From the NCBI RefSeq assembly GCF_009914755.1, contig NC_060942.1: DNA of 64,000 bases; one strand, written 5' to 3'. Source of the stretch: the human T2T-CHM13v2.0 reference genome, Homo sapiens. The translations under genes were made by a program, and so were the position numbers. Under the pieces are notes generated by a model. The model was not told the DNA's origin, made no database searches, and saw only the letters and a program-made list of their open reading frames with translations. Positions 10,901 to 23,449 of this stretch are shown one piece after another. The number at the start of each line of letters is the position of its first letter. Position 1 is the first letter of the stretch.

Positions 10901-13900
10901 CCATAAAAACTAGACAGAAGCATTCTCAGAAACTTACTCGTGATGTGTGTCCTCAACTAAAGGAGTAGAACCTTTCTTTTCATAGAGAAGTTTTGAAACG
11001 CTCTTTTTGTGGAATCTGCAAGTGGATATTTGGCTAGTTTTGAGGATTTCGTTGGAAGCGGGAATTCATACAAATTGCAGACTGCAGCGTTCTGAGAAAC
11101 ATCTTTGTGATGTTTGTATTCAGGACACAGAGTTGAACATTCCCTATCATAGAGCAGGTTGGAATCACTCCTTTTGTAGTATCTGGAAGTGGACATTTGG
11201 AGCGCTTTCAGGCCTATGTTGGAAAAGGAAATATCTTCCCATAACAACTAGACAGAAGCATTCTCAGAAACTTATTTGAGATGTGTGTACTCAACTAAGA
11301 GAATTGAACCACCGTTTTGAAGGAGCAGTTTTGAAACTCTCTTTTTCTGGAATCTGCAAGTGGATATTTGGCTAGCTTTGGGGATTTCGCTGGAAGCGGG
11401 AATACATATAAAAAGCACACAGCAGCGTTCTGAGAAACTGCTTTCTGATGTTTGCATTCAAGTCAAAAGTTGAACACTCCCTTTCATAGAGCAGTCTTGA
11501 AACACCCCTTTTGTAGTATCTGGAACTGGACTTTTGGAGCGATTTCAGGGCTAAGGTGAAAAAGGAAATATCTTCCCATAAAAACTGGACAGAAGCATTC
11601 TCAGAAACTTGGTTATGCTGTATCTACTCAACTAACAAAGTTGAACCTTTCTTTTGATAGAGCAGTTTTGAAATGGTCTTTTTGTGGAATCTGCAAGTGG
11701 ATATTTGGCTAGTTTTGAGGATTTCGTTGGAAGCGGGAATTCATACAAATTGCAGACTGCAGCGTTCTGAGAAACATCTTTGTGATGTTTGTATTCAGGA
11801 CACAGAGTTGAACATTCCCTATCATAGAGCAGGTTGGAATCACTCCTTTTGTAGTATCTGGAAGTGGACATTTGGAGCGCTTTCAGGCCTATTTTGGAAA
11901 GGGAAATATCTTCCCGTAACAACTATGCAGAAGCATTCTCAGAAACTTGTTTGTGATGTGTGCCCTCTACTGACAGAGTTGAACCTTTCTTTTCATAGAG
12001 CAGTTTTGAAGCACTCTTTTTGTAGATTCTGCAAGAGGATATTTGCATAGCTTTGAGGATTTCGTTGGAAACGGGATTGTCTTCAGGTAAAATCTAGACA
12101 GAAGCATTCTCAGAAACTTCTTTGGGATGTTTGCATTCAAGTCACAGAGTAGAACATTCCCTTTGGTAGAGCAGGTTTGAAACACTCTTTTTGTAGTATC
12201 TGGAAGTGGACATTTGGAGCGCTTTCAGGCCCATGTTGGAAAGGGAAATATCTTCCCGTAACAACTAGGCAGAAGCATTCTCAGAAACTTATTTGAGATG
12301 TGTGTACTCAACTAAGAGAATTGAACCACCGTTTTGAAGGAGCAGTTTTGAAACACTCTTTTTCTGGAATCTGCAAGAGTATATTTGCCTAGCCTTGAGG
12401 ATTTCGTTGGAAACGGGATTGTCTTCAGAGAGAATCTAGACAGAAGTATTCTCAGAAACTTCTTTGGGATGTTTGCATTCAAGTCACAGAGTAGAACATT
12501 CCCTTTGGTAGAGCAGGTTTGAAACACTCTTTTTGTAGTATCTGGAAGTGGACATTTGGAGCGCTTTCAGGCCTACGTTGGAAAAGGAAATATCTTCCCA
12601 TAACAACTAGACAGAAGCATTCTCAGAAACTAGTTTCTGATGTGTGTCCTCAACTAACACAGTTGAACATTTCTTTAGACAGAACAGTTTTGAAACACTC
12701 TTTTTGTGGAATCTGCAAGTGGCTATTTGGCTAGATTTGAGGATTTCGTTGGAAACGGGATTACATATAAAAAGCAGTCAGCAGCATTCTCAGAAAGTTC
12801 TTTGTGATGATTGCATTCAAGTCACAGAATTGAACATTCCCTTTCACAGAGCAGGTTTGAAACACTCTTTTTGTAGTGTGTGTAAGTGGACATTTGGAGC
12901 ACTTTCCGGCCTAAGGTGAAAAAGGAAATATCTTCCCATAAAAACTAGACAGAAGCATTCTCAGAAACTTACTCGTGATGTGTGTCCTCAACTAAAGGAG
13001 TAGAACCTTTCTTTTCATAGAGAAGTTTTGAAACGCTCTTTTTGTGGAATCTGCAAGTGGATATTTGGCTAGTTTTGAGGATTTCGTTGGAAGCGGGAAT
13101 TCATACAAATTGCAGACTGCAGCGTTCTGAGAAACATCTTTGTGATGTTTGTATTCAGGACACAGAGTTGAACATTCCCTATCATAGAGCAGGTTTGAAT
13201 CACTCCTTTTGTAGTATCTGGAAGTGGACATTTGGAGCGCTTTCAGGCCTATGTTGGAAAAGGAAATATCTTCCCATAACAACTAGACAGAAGCATTCTC
13301 AGAAACTTATTTGAGATGTGTGTACTCAACTAAGAGAATTGAACCACCGTTTTGAAGGAGCAGTTTTGAAACTCTCTTTTTCTGGAATCTGCAAGTGGAT
13401 ATTTGGCTAGCTTTGGGGATTTCGCTGGAAGCGGGAATACATATAAAAAGCACACAGCAGCGTTCTGAGAAACTGCTTTCTGATGTTTGCATTCAAGTCA
13501 AAAGTTGAACACTCCCTTTCATAGAGCAGTCTTGAAACACCCCTTTTGTAGTATCTGGAACTGGACTTTTGGAGCGATTTCAGGGCTAAGGTGAAAAAGG
13601 AAATATCTTCCCATAAAAACTGGACAGAAGCATTCTCAGAAACTTGTTTATGCTGTATCTACTCAACTAACAAAGTTGAACCTTTCTTTTGATAGAGCAG
13701 TTTTGAAATGGTCTTTTTGTGGAATCTGCAAGTGGATATTTGGCTAGTTTTAAGGATTTCGTTGGAAGCGGGAATTCATACAAATTGCAGACTGCAGCGT
13801 TCTGAGAAACATCTTTGTGATGTTTGTATTCAGGACACAGAGTTGAACATTCCCTATCATAGAGCAGGTTGGAATCACTCCTTTTGTAGTATCTGGAAGT

Positions 13901-14305
13901 GGACATTTGGAGCGCTTTCAGGCCTATTTTGGAAAGGGAAATATCTTCCCGTAACAACTATGCAGAAGCATTCTCAGAAACTTGTTTGTGATGTGTGCCC
14001 TCTACTGACAGAGTTGAACCTTTCTTTTCATAGAGCAGTTTTGAAACACTCTTTTTGTAGAATCTGCAAGAGGATATTTGCATAGCTTTGAGGATTTCGT
14101 GGGAAACGGGATTGTCTTCAGGTAAAATCTAGACAGAAGCATTCTCAGAAACTTCTTTGGGATGTTTGCATTCAAGTCACAGAGTAGAACATTCCCTTTG
14201 GTAGAGCAGGTTTGAAACACTCTTTTTGTAGTGTCTGGAAGTGGACATTTGGAGCGCTTTCAGGCCCATGTTGGAAAGGGAAATATCTTCCCGTAACAAC
14301 TAGGC

Positions 14306-17300
14306 AGAAGCATTCTCAGAAACTTATTTGAGATGTGTGTACTCAACTAAGAGAATTGAACCACCGTTTTGAAGGAGCAGTTTTGAAACACTCTTTTTCT
14401 GGAATCTGCAAGAGTATATTTGCCTAGCCTTGAGGATTTCGTTGGAAACGGGATTGTCTTCAGAGAAAATCTAGACAGAAGCATTCTCAGAAACTTCTTT
14501 GGGATGTTTGCATTCAAGTCACAGAGTAGAACATTCCCTTTGGTAGAGCAGGTTTGAAACACTCTTTTTGTAGTATCTGGAAGTGGACATTTGGAGCGCT
14601 TTCAGGCCTACGTTGGAAAAGGAAATATCTTCCCATAACAACTAGACAGAAGCATTCTCAGAAACTAGTTTCTGATGTGTGTCCTCAACTAACACAGTTG
14701 AACATTTCTTTAGACAGAACAGTTTTGAAACACTCTTTTTGTGGAATCTGCAAGTGGCTATTTGGCTAGATTTGAGGATTTCGTTGGAAACGGGATTACA
14801 TATAAAAAGCAGTCAGCAGCATTCTCAGAAAGTTCTTTGTGATGATTGCATTCAAGTCACAGAATTGAACATTCCCTTTCACAGAGCAGGTTTGAAACAC
14901 TCTTTTTGTAGTGTGTGTAAGTGGACATTTGGAGCACTTACCGGCCTAAGGTGAAAAAGGAAATATCTTCCCATAAAAACTAGACAGAAGCATTCTCAGA
15001 AACTTACTCGTGATGTGTGTCCTCAACTAAAGGAGTAGAACCTTTCTTTTCATAGAGAAGTTTTGAAACGCTCTTTTTGTGGAATCTGCAAGTGGATATT
15101 TGGCTAGTTTTGAGGATTTCGTTGGAAGCGGGAATTCATACAAATTGCAGACTGCAGCGTTCTGAGAAACATCTTTGTGATGTTTGTATTCAGGACACAG
15201 AGTTGAACATTCCCTATCATAGAGCAGGTTTGAATCACTCCTTTTGTAGTATCTGGAAGTGGACATTTGGAGCGCTTTCAGGCCTATGTTGGAAAAGGAA
15301 ATATCTTCCCATAACAACTAGACAGAAGCATTCTCAGAAACTTATTTGAGATGTGTGTACTCAACTAAGAGAATTGAACCACCGTTTTGAAGGAGCAGTT
15401 TTGAAACTCTCTTTTTCTGGAATCTGCAAGTGGATATTTGGCTAGCTTTGGGGATTTCGCTGGAAGCGGGAATACATATAAAAAGCACACAGCAGCGTTC
15501 TGAGAAACTGCTTTCTGATGTTTGCATTCAAGTCAAAAGTTGAACACTCCCTTTCATAGAGCAGTCTTGAAACACCCCTTTTGTAGTATCTGGAACTGTT
15601 CTTTTGGAGCGATTTCAGGGCTAAGGTGAAAAAGGAAATATCTTCCCATAAAAACTGGACAGAAGCATTCTCAGAAACTTGGTTATGCTGTATCTACTCA
15701 ACTAACAAAGTTGAACCTTTCTTTTGATAGAGCAGTTTTGAAATGGTCTTTTTGTGGAATCTGCAAGTGGATATTTGGCTAGTTTTGAGGATTTCTTTGG
15801 AAGCGGGAATTCATACAAATTGCAGACTGCAGCGTTCTGAGAAACATCTTTGTGATGTTTGTATTCAGGACACAGAGTTGAACATTCCCTATCATAGAGC
15901 AGGTTTGAATCACTCCTTTTGTAGTATCTGGAAGTGGACATTTGGAGTGCTTTCAGGCCTATGTTGGAAAAGGAAATATCTTCCCATAACAACTAGACAG
16001 AAGCATTCTCAGAAACTTATTTGAGATGTGTGTACTCAACTAAGAGAATTGAACCACCGTTTTGAAGGAGCAGTTTTGAAACACTCTTTTTCTGGAATCT
16101 GCAAGTGGATATTTGGCTAGCTTTGGGGATTTCGCTGGAAGCGGGAATACATATAAAAAGCACACAGCAGCGTTCTGAGAAACTGCTTTCTGATGTTTGC
16201 ATTCAAGTCAAAAGTTGAACACTCCCTTTCATAGAGCAGTCTTGAAACACTCCTTTTGTAGTATCTGGAACTGGACTTTTGGAGCGATTTCAGGGCTAAG
16301 GTGAAAAAGGAAATATCTTCCCATAAAAACTGGACAGAATCATTCTCAGAAACTTGTTTATGCTGTATCTACTCAGCTAACAAAGTTGAACTTTCTTTTG
16401 ATAGAGCAGTTTTGAAATGGTCTTTTTGTGGAATCTGCAAGTGGATATTTGGCTAGTTTTGAGGATTTCGTTGGAAGCGGGAATTCATACAAATTGCAGA
16501 CTGCAGCGTTCTGAGAAACATCTTTGTGATGTTTGTATTCAGGACACAGAGTTGAACATTCCCTATCATAGAGCAGGTTGGAATCACTCCTTTTGTAGTA
16601 TCTGGAAGTGGACATTTGGAGCGCTTTCAGGCCTATTTTGGAAAGGGAAATATCTTCCCGTAACAACTATGCAGAAGCATTCTCAGAAACTTGTTTGTGA
16701 TGTGTGCCCTCTACTGACAGAGTTGAACCTTTCTTTTCATAGAGCAGTTTTGAAACACTCTTTTTGTAGAATCTGCAAGAGGATATTTGCATAGCTTTGA
16801 GGATTTCGTGGGAAACGGGATTGTCTTCAGGTAAAATCTAGACAGAAGCATTCTTAGAAACTTCTTTGGGATGTTTGCATTCAAGTCACAGAGTAGAACA
16901 TTCCCTTTGGTAGAGCAGGTTTGAAACACTCTTTTTGTAGTATCTGGAAGTGGACATTTGGAGCGCTTTCAGGCCCATGTTGGAAAGGGAAATATCTTCC
17001 CGTAACAACTAGGCAGAAGCATTCTCAGAAACTTATTTGAGATGTGTGTACTCAACTAAGAGAATTGAACCACCGTTTTGAAGGCGCAGTTTTGAAACAC
17101 TCTTTTTCTGGAATCTGCAAGAGTATATTTGCCTAGCCTTGAGGATTTCGTTGGAAACGGGATTGTCTTCAGAGAAAATCTAGACAGAAGCATTCTCAGA
17201 AACTTCTTTGGGATGTTTGCATTCAAGTCACAGAGTAGAACATTCCCTTTGGTAGAGCAGGTTTGAAACACTCTTTTTTTAGTATATGGAAGTGGACATT

Positions 17301-19723
17301 TTGATCGCTTTCAGGCCTACGTTGGAAAAGGAAATATCTTCCCATAACAACTAGACAGAAGCATTCTCAGAAACTAGTTTCTGATGTGTGTCCTCAACTA
17401 ACACAGTTGAACATTTCTTTAGACAGAACAGTTTTGAAACACTCTTTTTGTGGAATCTGCAAGTGGCTATTTGGCTAGATTTGAGGATTTCGTTGGAAAC
17501 GGGATTACATATAAAAAGCAGTCAGCAGCATTCTCAGAAAGTTCTTTGTGATGATTGCATTCAAGTCACAGAATTGAACATTCCCTTTCACAGAGCAGGT
17601 TTGAAACACTCTTTTTGTAGTGTGTGTAAGTGGACATTTGGAGCACTTACCGGCCTAAGGTGAAAAAGGAAATATCTTCCCATAAAAACTAGACAGAAGC
17701 ATTCTCAGAAACTTACTCGTGATGTGTGTCCTCAACTAAAGGAGTAGAACCTTTCTTTTCATAGAGAAGTTTTGAAACGCTCTTTTTGTGGAATCTGCAA
17801 GTGGATATTTGGCTAGTTTTGAGGATTTCGTTGGAAGCGGGAATTCATACAAATTGCAGACTGCAGCGTTCTGAGAAACATCTTTGTGATGTTTGTATTC
17901 AGGACACAGAGTTGAACATTCCCTATCATAGAGCAGGTTGGAATCACTCCTTTTGTAGTATCTGGAAGTGGACATTTGGAGCGCTTTCAGGCCTATGTTG
18001 GAAAAGGAAATATCTTCCCATAACAACTAGACAGAAGCATTCTCAGAAACTTATTTGAGATGTGTGTACTCAACTAAGAGAATTGAACCACCGTTTTGAA
18101 GGAGCAGTTTTGAAACACTCTTTTTCTGGAATCTGCAAGTGGATATTTGGCTAGCTTTGGGGATTTCGCTGGAAGCGGGAATACATATAAAAAGCACACA
18201 GCAGCGTTCTGAGAAACTGCTTTCTGATGTTTGCATTCAAGTCAAAAGTTGAACACTCCCTTTCATAGAGCAGTCTTGAAACACCCCTTTTGTAGTATCT
18301 GGAACTGGACTTTTGGAGCGATTTCAGGGCTAAGGTGAAAAAGGAAATATCTTCCCATAAAAACTGGACAGAAGCATTCTCAGAAACTTGGTTATGCTGT
18401 ATCTACTCAACTAACAAAGTTGAACCTTTCTTTTGATAGAGCAGTTTTGAAATGGTCTTTTTGTGGAATCTGCAAGTGGATATTTGGCTAGTTTTGAGGA
18501 TTTCGTTGGAAGCGGGAATTCATACAAATTGCAGACTGCAGCGTTCTGAGAAACATCTTTGTGATGTTTGTATTCAGGACACAGAGTTGAACATTCCCTA
18601 TCATAGAGCAGGTTTGAATCACTCCTTTTGTAGTATCTGGAAGTGGACATTTGGAGTGCTTTCAGGCCTATGTTGGAAAAGGAAATATCTTCCCATAACA
18701 ACTAGACAGAAGCATTCTCAGAAACTTATTTGAGATGTGTGTACTCAACTAAGAGAATTGAACCACCGTTTTGAAGGAGCAGTTTTGAAACACTCTTTTT
18801 CTGGAATCTGCAAGTGGATATTTGGCTAGCTTTGGGGATTTCGCTGGAAGCGGGAATACATATAAAAAGCACACAGCAGCGTTCTGAGAAACTGCTTTCT
18901 GATGTTTGCATTCAAGTCAAAAGTTGAACACTCCCTTTCATAGAGCAGTCTTGAAACACTCCTTTTGTAGTATCTGGAACTGGACTTTTGGAGCGATTTC
19001 AGGGCTAAGGTGAAAAAGGAAATATCTTCCCATAAAAACTGGACAGAAGCATTCTCAGAAACTTGTTTATGCTGTATCTACTCAGCTAACAAAGTTGAAC
19101 TTTCTTTTGATAGAGCAGTTTTGAAATGGTCTTTTTGTGGAATCTGCAAGTGGATATTTGGCTAGTTTTGAGGATTTCGTTGGAAGCGGGAATTCATACA
19201 AATTGCAGACTGCAGCGTTCTGAGAAACATCTTTGTGATGTTTGTATTCAGGACACAGAGTTGAACATTCCCTATCATAGAGCAGGTTGGAATCACTCCT
19301 TTTGTAGTATCTGGAAGTGGACATTTGGAGCGCTTTCAGGCCTATTTTGGAAAGGGAAATATCTTCCCGTAACAACTATGCAGAAGCATTCTCAGAAACT
19401 TGTTTGTGATGTGTGCCCTCTACTGACAGAGTTGAACCTTTCTTTTCATAGAGCAGTTTTGAAACACTCTTTTTGTAGAATCTGCAAGAGGATATTTGCA
19501 TAGCTTTGAGGATTTCGTGGGAAACGGGATTGTCTTCAGGTAAAATCTAGACAGAAGCATTCTTAGAAACTTCTTTGGGATGTTTGCATTCAAGTCACAG
19601 AGTAGAACATTCCCTTTGGTAGAGCAGGTTTGAAACACTCTTTTTGTAGTATCTGGAAGTGGACATTTGGAGCGCTTTCAGGCCCATGTTGGAAAGGGAA
19701 ATATCTTCCCGTAACAACTAGGC
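14306..19723 (+). repeat. Two 16-mer variant HORs (U8 14306-17014, U9 17015-19723; 2709 bp each)
   Basis: Monomer order is M1-M9, M10/M6 hybrid, M7-M12. Length is 2035+675-1, with a 1-bp deletion in the second M9 (near 16391 and 19100). Confidence 0.94.
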
Positions 19724-21758
19724 AGAAGCATTCTCAGAAACTTATTTGAGATGTGTGTACTCAACTAAGAGAATTGAACCACCGTTTTGAAGGCGCAGTT
19801 TTGAAACACTCTTTTTCTGGAATCTGCAAGAGTATATTTGCCTAGCCTTGAGGATTTCGTTGGAAACGGGATTGTCTTCAGAGAAAATCTAGACAGAAGC
19901 ATTCTCAGAAACTTCTTTGGGATGTTTGCATTCAAGTCACAGAGTAGAACATTCCCTTTGGTAGAGCAGGTTTGAAACACTCTTTTTTTAGTATATGGAA
20001 GTGGACATTTTGATCGCTTTCAGGCCTACGTTGGAAAAGGAAATATCTTCCCATAACAACTAGACAGAAGCATTCTCAGAAACTAGTTTCTGATGTGTGT
20101 CCTCAACTAACACAGTTGAACATTTCTTTAGACAGAACAGTTTTGAAACACTCTTTTTGTGGAATCTGCAAGTGGCTATTTGGCTAGATTTGAGGATTTC
20201 GTTGGAAACGGGATTACATATAAAAAGCAGTCAGCAGCATTCTCAGAAAGTTCTTTGTGATGATTGCATTCAAGTCACAGAATTGAACATTCCCTTTCAC
20301 AGAGCAGGTTTGAAACACTCTTTTTGTAGTGTGTGTAAGTGGACATTTGGAGCACTTACCGGCCTAAGGTGAAAAAGGAAATATCTTCCCATAAAAACTA
20401 GACAGAAGCATTCTCAGAAACTTACTCGTGATGTGTGTCCTCAACTAAAGGAGTAGAACCTTTCTTTTCATAGAGAAGTTTTGAAACGCTCTTTTTGTGG
20501 AATCTGCAAGTGGATATTTGGCTAGTTTTGAGGATTTCGTTGGAAGCGGGAATTCATACAAATTGCAGACTGCAGCGTTCTGAGAAACATCTTTGTGATG
20601 TTTGTATTCAGGACACAGAGTTGAACATTCCCTATCATAGAGCAGGTTGGAATCACTCCTTTTGTAGTATCTGGAAGTGGACATTTGGAGCGCTTTCAGG
20701 CCTATGTTGGAAAAGGAAATATCTTCCCATAACAACTAGACAGAAGCATTCTCAGAAACTTATTTGAGATGTGTGTACTCAACTAAGAGAATTGAACCAC
20801 CGTTTTGAAGGAGCAGTTTTGAAACACTCTTTTTCTGGAATCTGCAAGTGGATATTTGGCTAGCTTTGGGGATTTCGCTGGAAGCGGGAATACATATAAA
20901 AAGCACACAGCAGCGTTCTGAGAAACTGCTTTCTGATGTTTGCATTCAAGTCAAAAGTTGAACACTCCCTTTCATAGAGCAGTCTTGAAACACCCCTTTT
21001 GTAGTATCTGGAACTGGACTTTTGGAGCGATTTCAGGGCTAAGGTGAAAAAGGAAATATCTTCCCATAAAAACTGGACAGAAGCATTCTCAGAAACTTGG
21101 TTATGCTGTATCTACTCAACTAACAAAGTTGAACCTTTCTTTTGATAGAGCAGTTTTGAAATGGTCTTTTTGTGGAATCTGCAAGTGGATATTTGGCTAG
21201 TTTTGAGGATTTCGTTGGAAGCGGGAATTCATACAAATTGCAGACTGCAGCGTTCTGAGAAACATCTTTGTGATGTTTGTATTCAGGACACAGAGTTGAA
21301 CATTCCCTATCATAGAGCAGGTTGGAATCACTCCTTTTGTAGTATCTGGAAGTGGACATTTGGAGCGCTTTCAGGCCTATTTTGGAAAGGGAAATATCTT
21401 CCCGTAACAACTATGCAGAAGCATTCTCAGAAACTTGTTTGTGATGTGTGCCCTCTACTGACAGAGTTGAACCTTTCTTTTCATAGAGCAGTTTTGAAAC
21501 ACTCTTTTTGTAGAATCTGCAAGAGGATATTTGCATAGCTTTGAGGATTTCGTGGGAAACGGGATTGTCTTCAGGTAAAATCTAGACAGAAGCATTCTCA
21601 GAAACTTCTTTGGGATGTTTGCATTCAAGTCACAGAGTAGAACATTCCCTTTGGTAGAGCAGGTTTGAAACACTCTTTTTGTAGTATCTGGAAGTGGACA
21701 TTTGGAGCGCTTTCAGGCCCATGTTGGAAAGGGAAATATCTTCCCGTAACAACTAGGC
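19724..21758 (+). repeat. Canonical 12-mer HOR (U10)
   Basis: 2035 bp, M1-M12. Confidence 0.94.
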
Positions 21759-23449
21759 AGAAGCATTCTCAGAAACTTATTTGAGATGTGTGTACTCAAC
21801 TAAGAGAATTGAACCACCGTTTTGAAGGAGCAGTTTTGAAACTCTCTTTTTCTGGAATCTGCAAGTGGATATTTGGCTAGCTTTGGGGATTTCGCTGGAA
21901 GCGGGAATACATATAAAAAGCACACAGCAGCGTTCTGAGAAACTGCTTTCTGATGTTTGCATTCAAGTCAAAAGTTGAACACTCCCTTTCATAGAGCAGT
22001 CTTGAAACACCCCTTTTGTAGTATCTGGAACTGTTCTTTTGGAGCGATTTCAGGGCTAAGGTGAAAAAGGAAATATCTTCCCATAAAAACTGGACAGAAG
22101 CATTCTCAGAAACTTGGTTATGCTGTATCTACTCAACTAACAAAGTTGAACCTTTCTTTTGATAGAGCAGTTTTGAAATGGTCTTTTTGTGGAATCTGCA
22201 AGTGGATATTTGGCTAGTTTTGAGGATTTCTTTGGAAGCGGGAATTCATACAAATTGCAGACTGCAGCGTTCTGAGAAACATCTTTGTGATGTTTGTATT
22301 CAGGACACAGAGTTGAACATTCCCTATCATAGAGCAGGTTTGAATCACTCCTTTTGTAGTATCTGGAAGTGGACATTTGGAGTGCTTTCAGGCCTATGTT
22401 GGAAAAGGAAATATCTTCCCATAACAACTAGACAGAAGCATTCTCAGAAACTTATTTGAGATGTGTGTACTCAACTAAGAGAATTGAACCACCGTTTTGA
22501 AGGAGCAGTTTTGAAACACTCTTTTTCTGGAATCTGCAAGTGGATATTTGGCTAGCTTTGGGGATTTCGCTGGAAGCGGGAATACATATAAAAAGCACAC
22601 AGCAGCGTTCTGAGAAACTGCTTTCTGATGTTTGCATTCAAGTCAAAAGTTGAACACTCCCTTTCATAGAGCAGTCTTGAAACACTCCTTTTGTAGTATC
22701 TGGAACTGGACTTTTGGAGCGATTTCAGGGCTAAGGTGAAAAAGGAAATATCTTCCCATAAAAACTGGACAGAAGCATTCTCAGAAACTTGTTTATGCTG
22801 TATCTACTCAGCTAACAAAGTTGAACTTTCTTTTGATAGAGCAGTTTTGAAATGGTCTTTTTGTGGAATCTGCAAGTGGATATTTGGCTAGTTTTGAGGA
22901 TTTCGTTGGAAGCGGGAATTCATACAAATTGCAGACTGCAGCGTTCTGAGAAACATCTTTGTGATGTTTGTATTCAGGACACAGAGTTGAACATTCCCTA
23001 TCATAGAGCAGGTTGGAATCACTCCTTTTGTAGTATCTGGAAGTGGACATTTGGAGCGCTTTCAGGCCTATTTTGGAAAGGGAAATATCTTCCCGTAACA
23101 ACTATGCAGAAGCATTCTCAGAAACTTGTTTGTGATGTGTGCCCTCTACTGACAGAGTTGAACCTTTCTTTTCATAGAGCAGTTTTGAAACACTCTTTTT
23201 GTAGAATCTGCAAGAGGATATTTGCATAGCTTTGAGGATTTCGTGGGAAACGGGATTGTCTTCAGGTAAAATCTAGACAGAAGCATTCTTAGAAACTTCT
23301 TTGGGATGTTTGCATTCAAGTCACAGAGTAGAACATTCCCTTTGGTAGAGCAGGTTTGAAACACTCTTTTTGTAGTATCTGGAAGTGGACATTTGGAGCG
23401 CTTTCAGGCCCATGTTGGAAAGGGAAATATCTTCCCGTAACAACTAGGC
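21759..23449 (+). repeat. 10-mer variant HOR (U11, 1691 bp)
   Basis: The end of M12 (CCCGTAACAACTAGGC) runs directly into M7-type sequence, followed by M8, M9, M10/6 and M7-M12. Length is 2709-1018. Confidence 0.93.

Larger units (their letters stand above)
61..14305 (+). repeat. Seven canonical 12-mer HORs (U1-U7)
   Basis: Unit starts at 61, 2096, 4131, 6166, 8201, 10236 and 12271, exactly 2035 bp apart. Confidence 0.96.
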
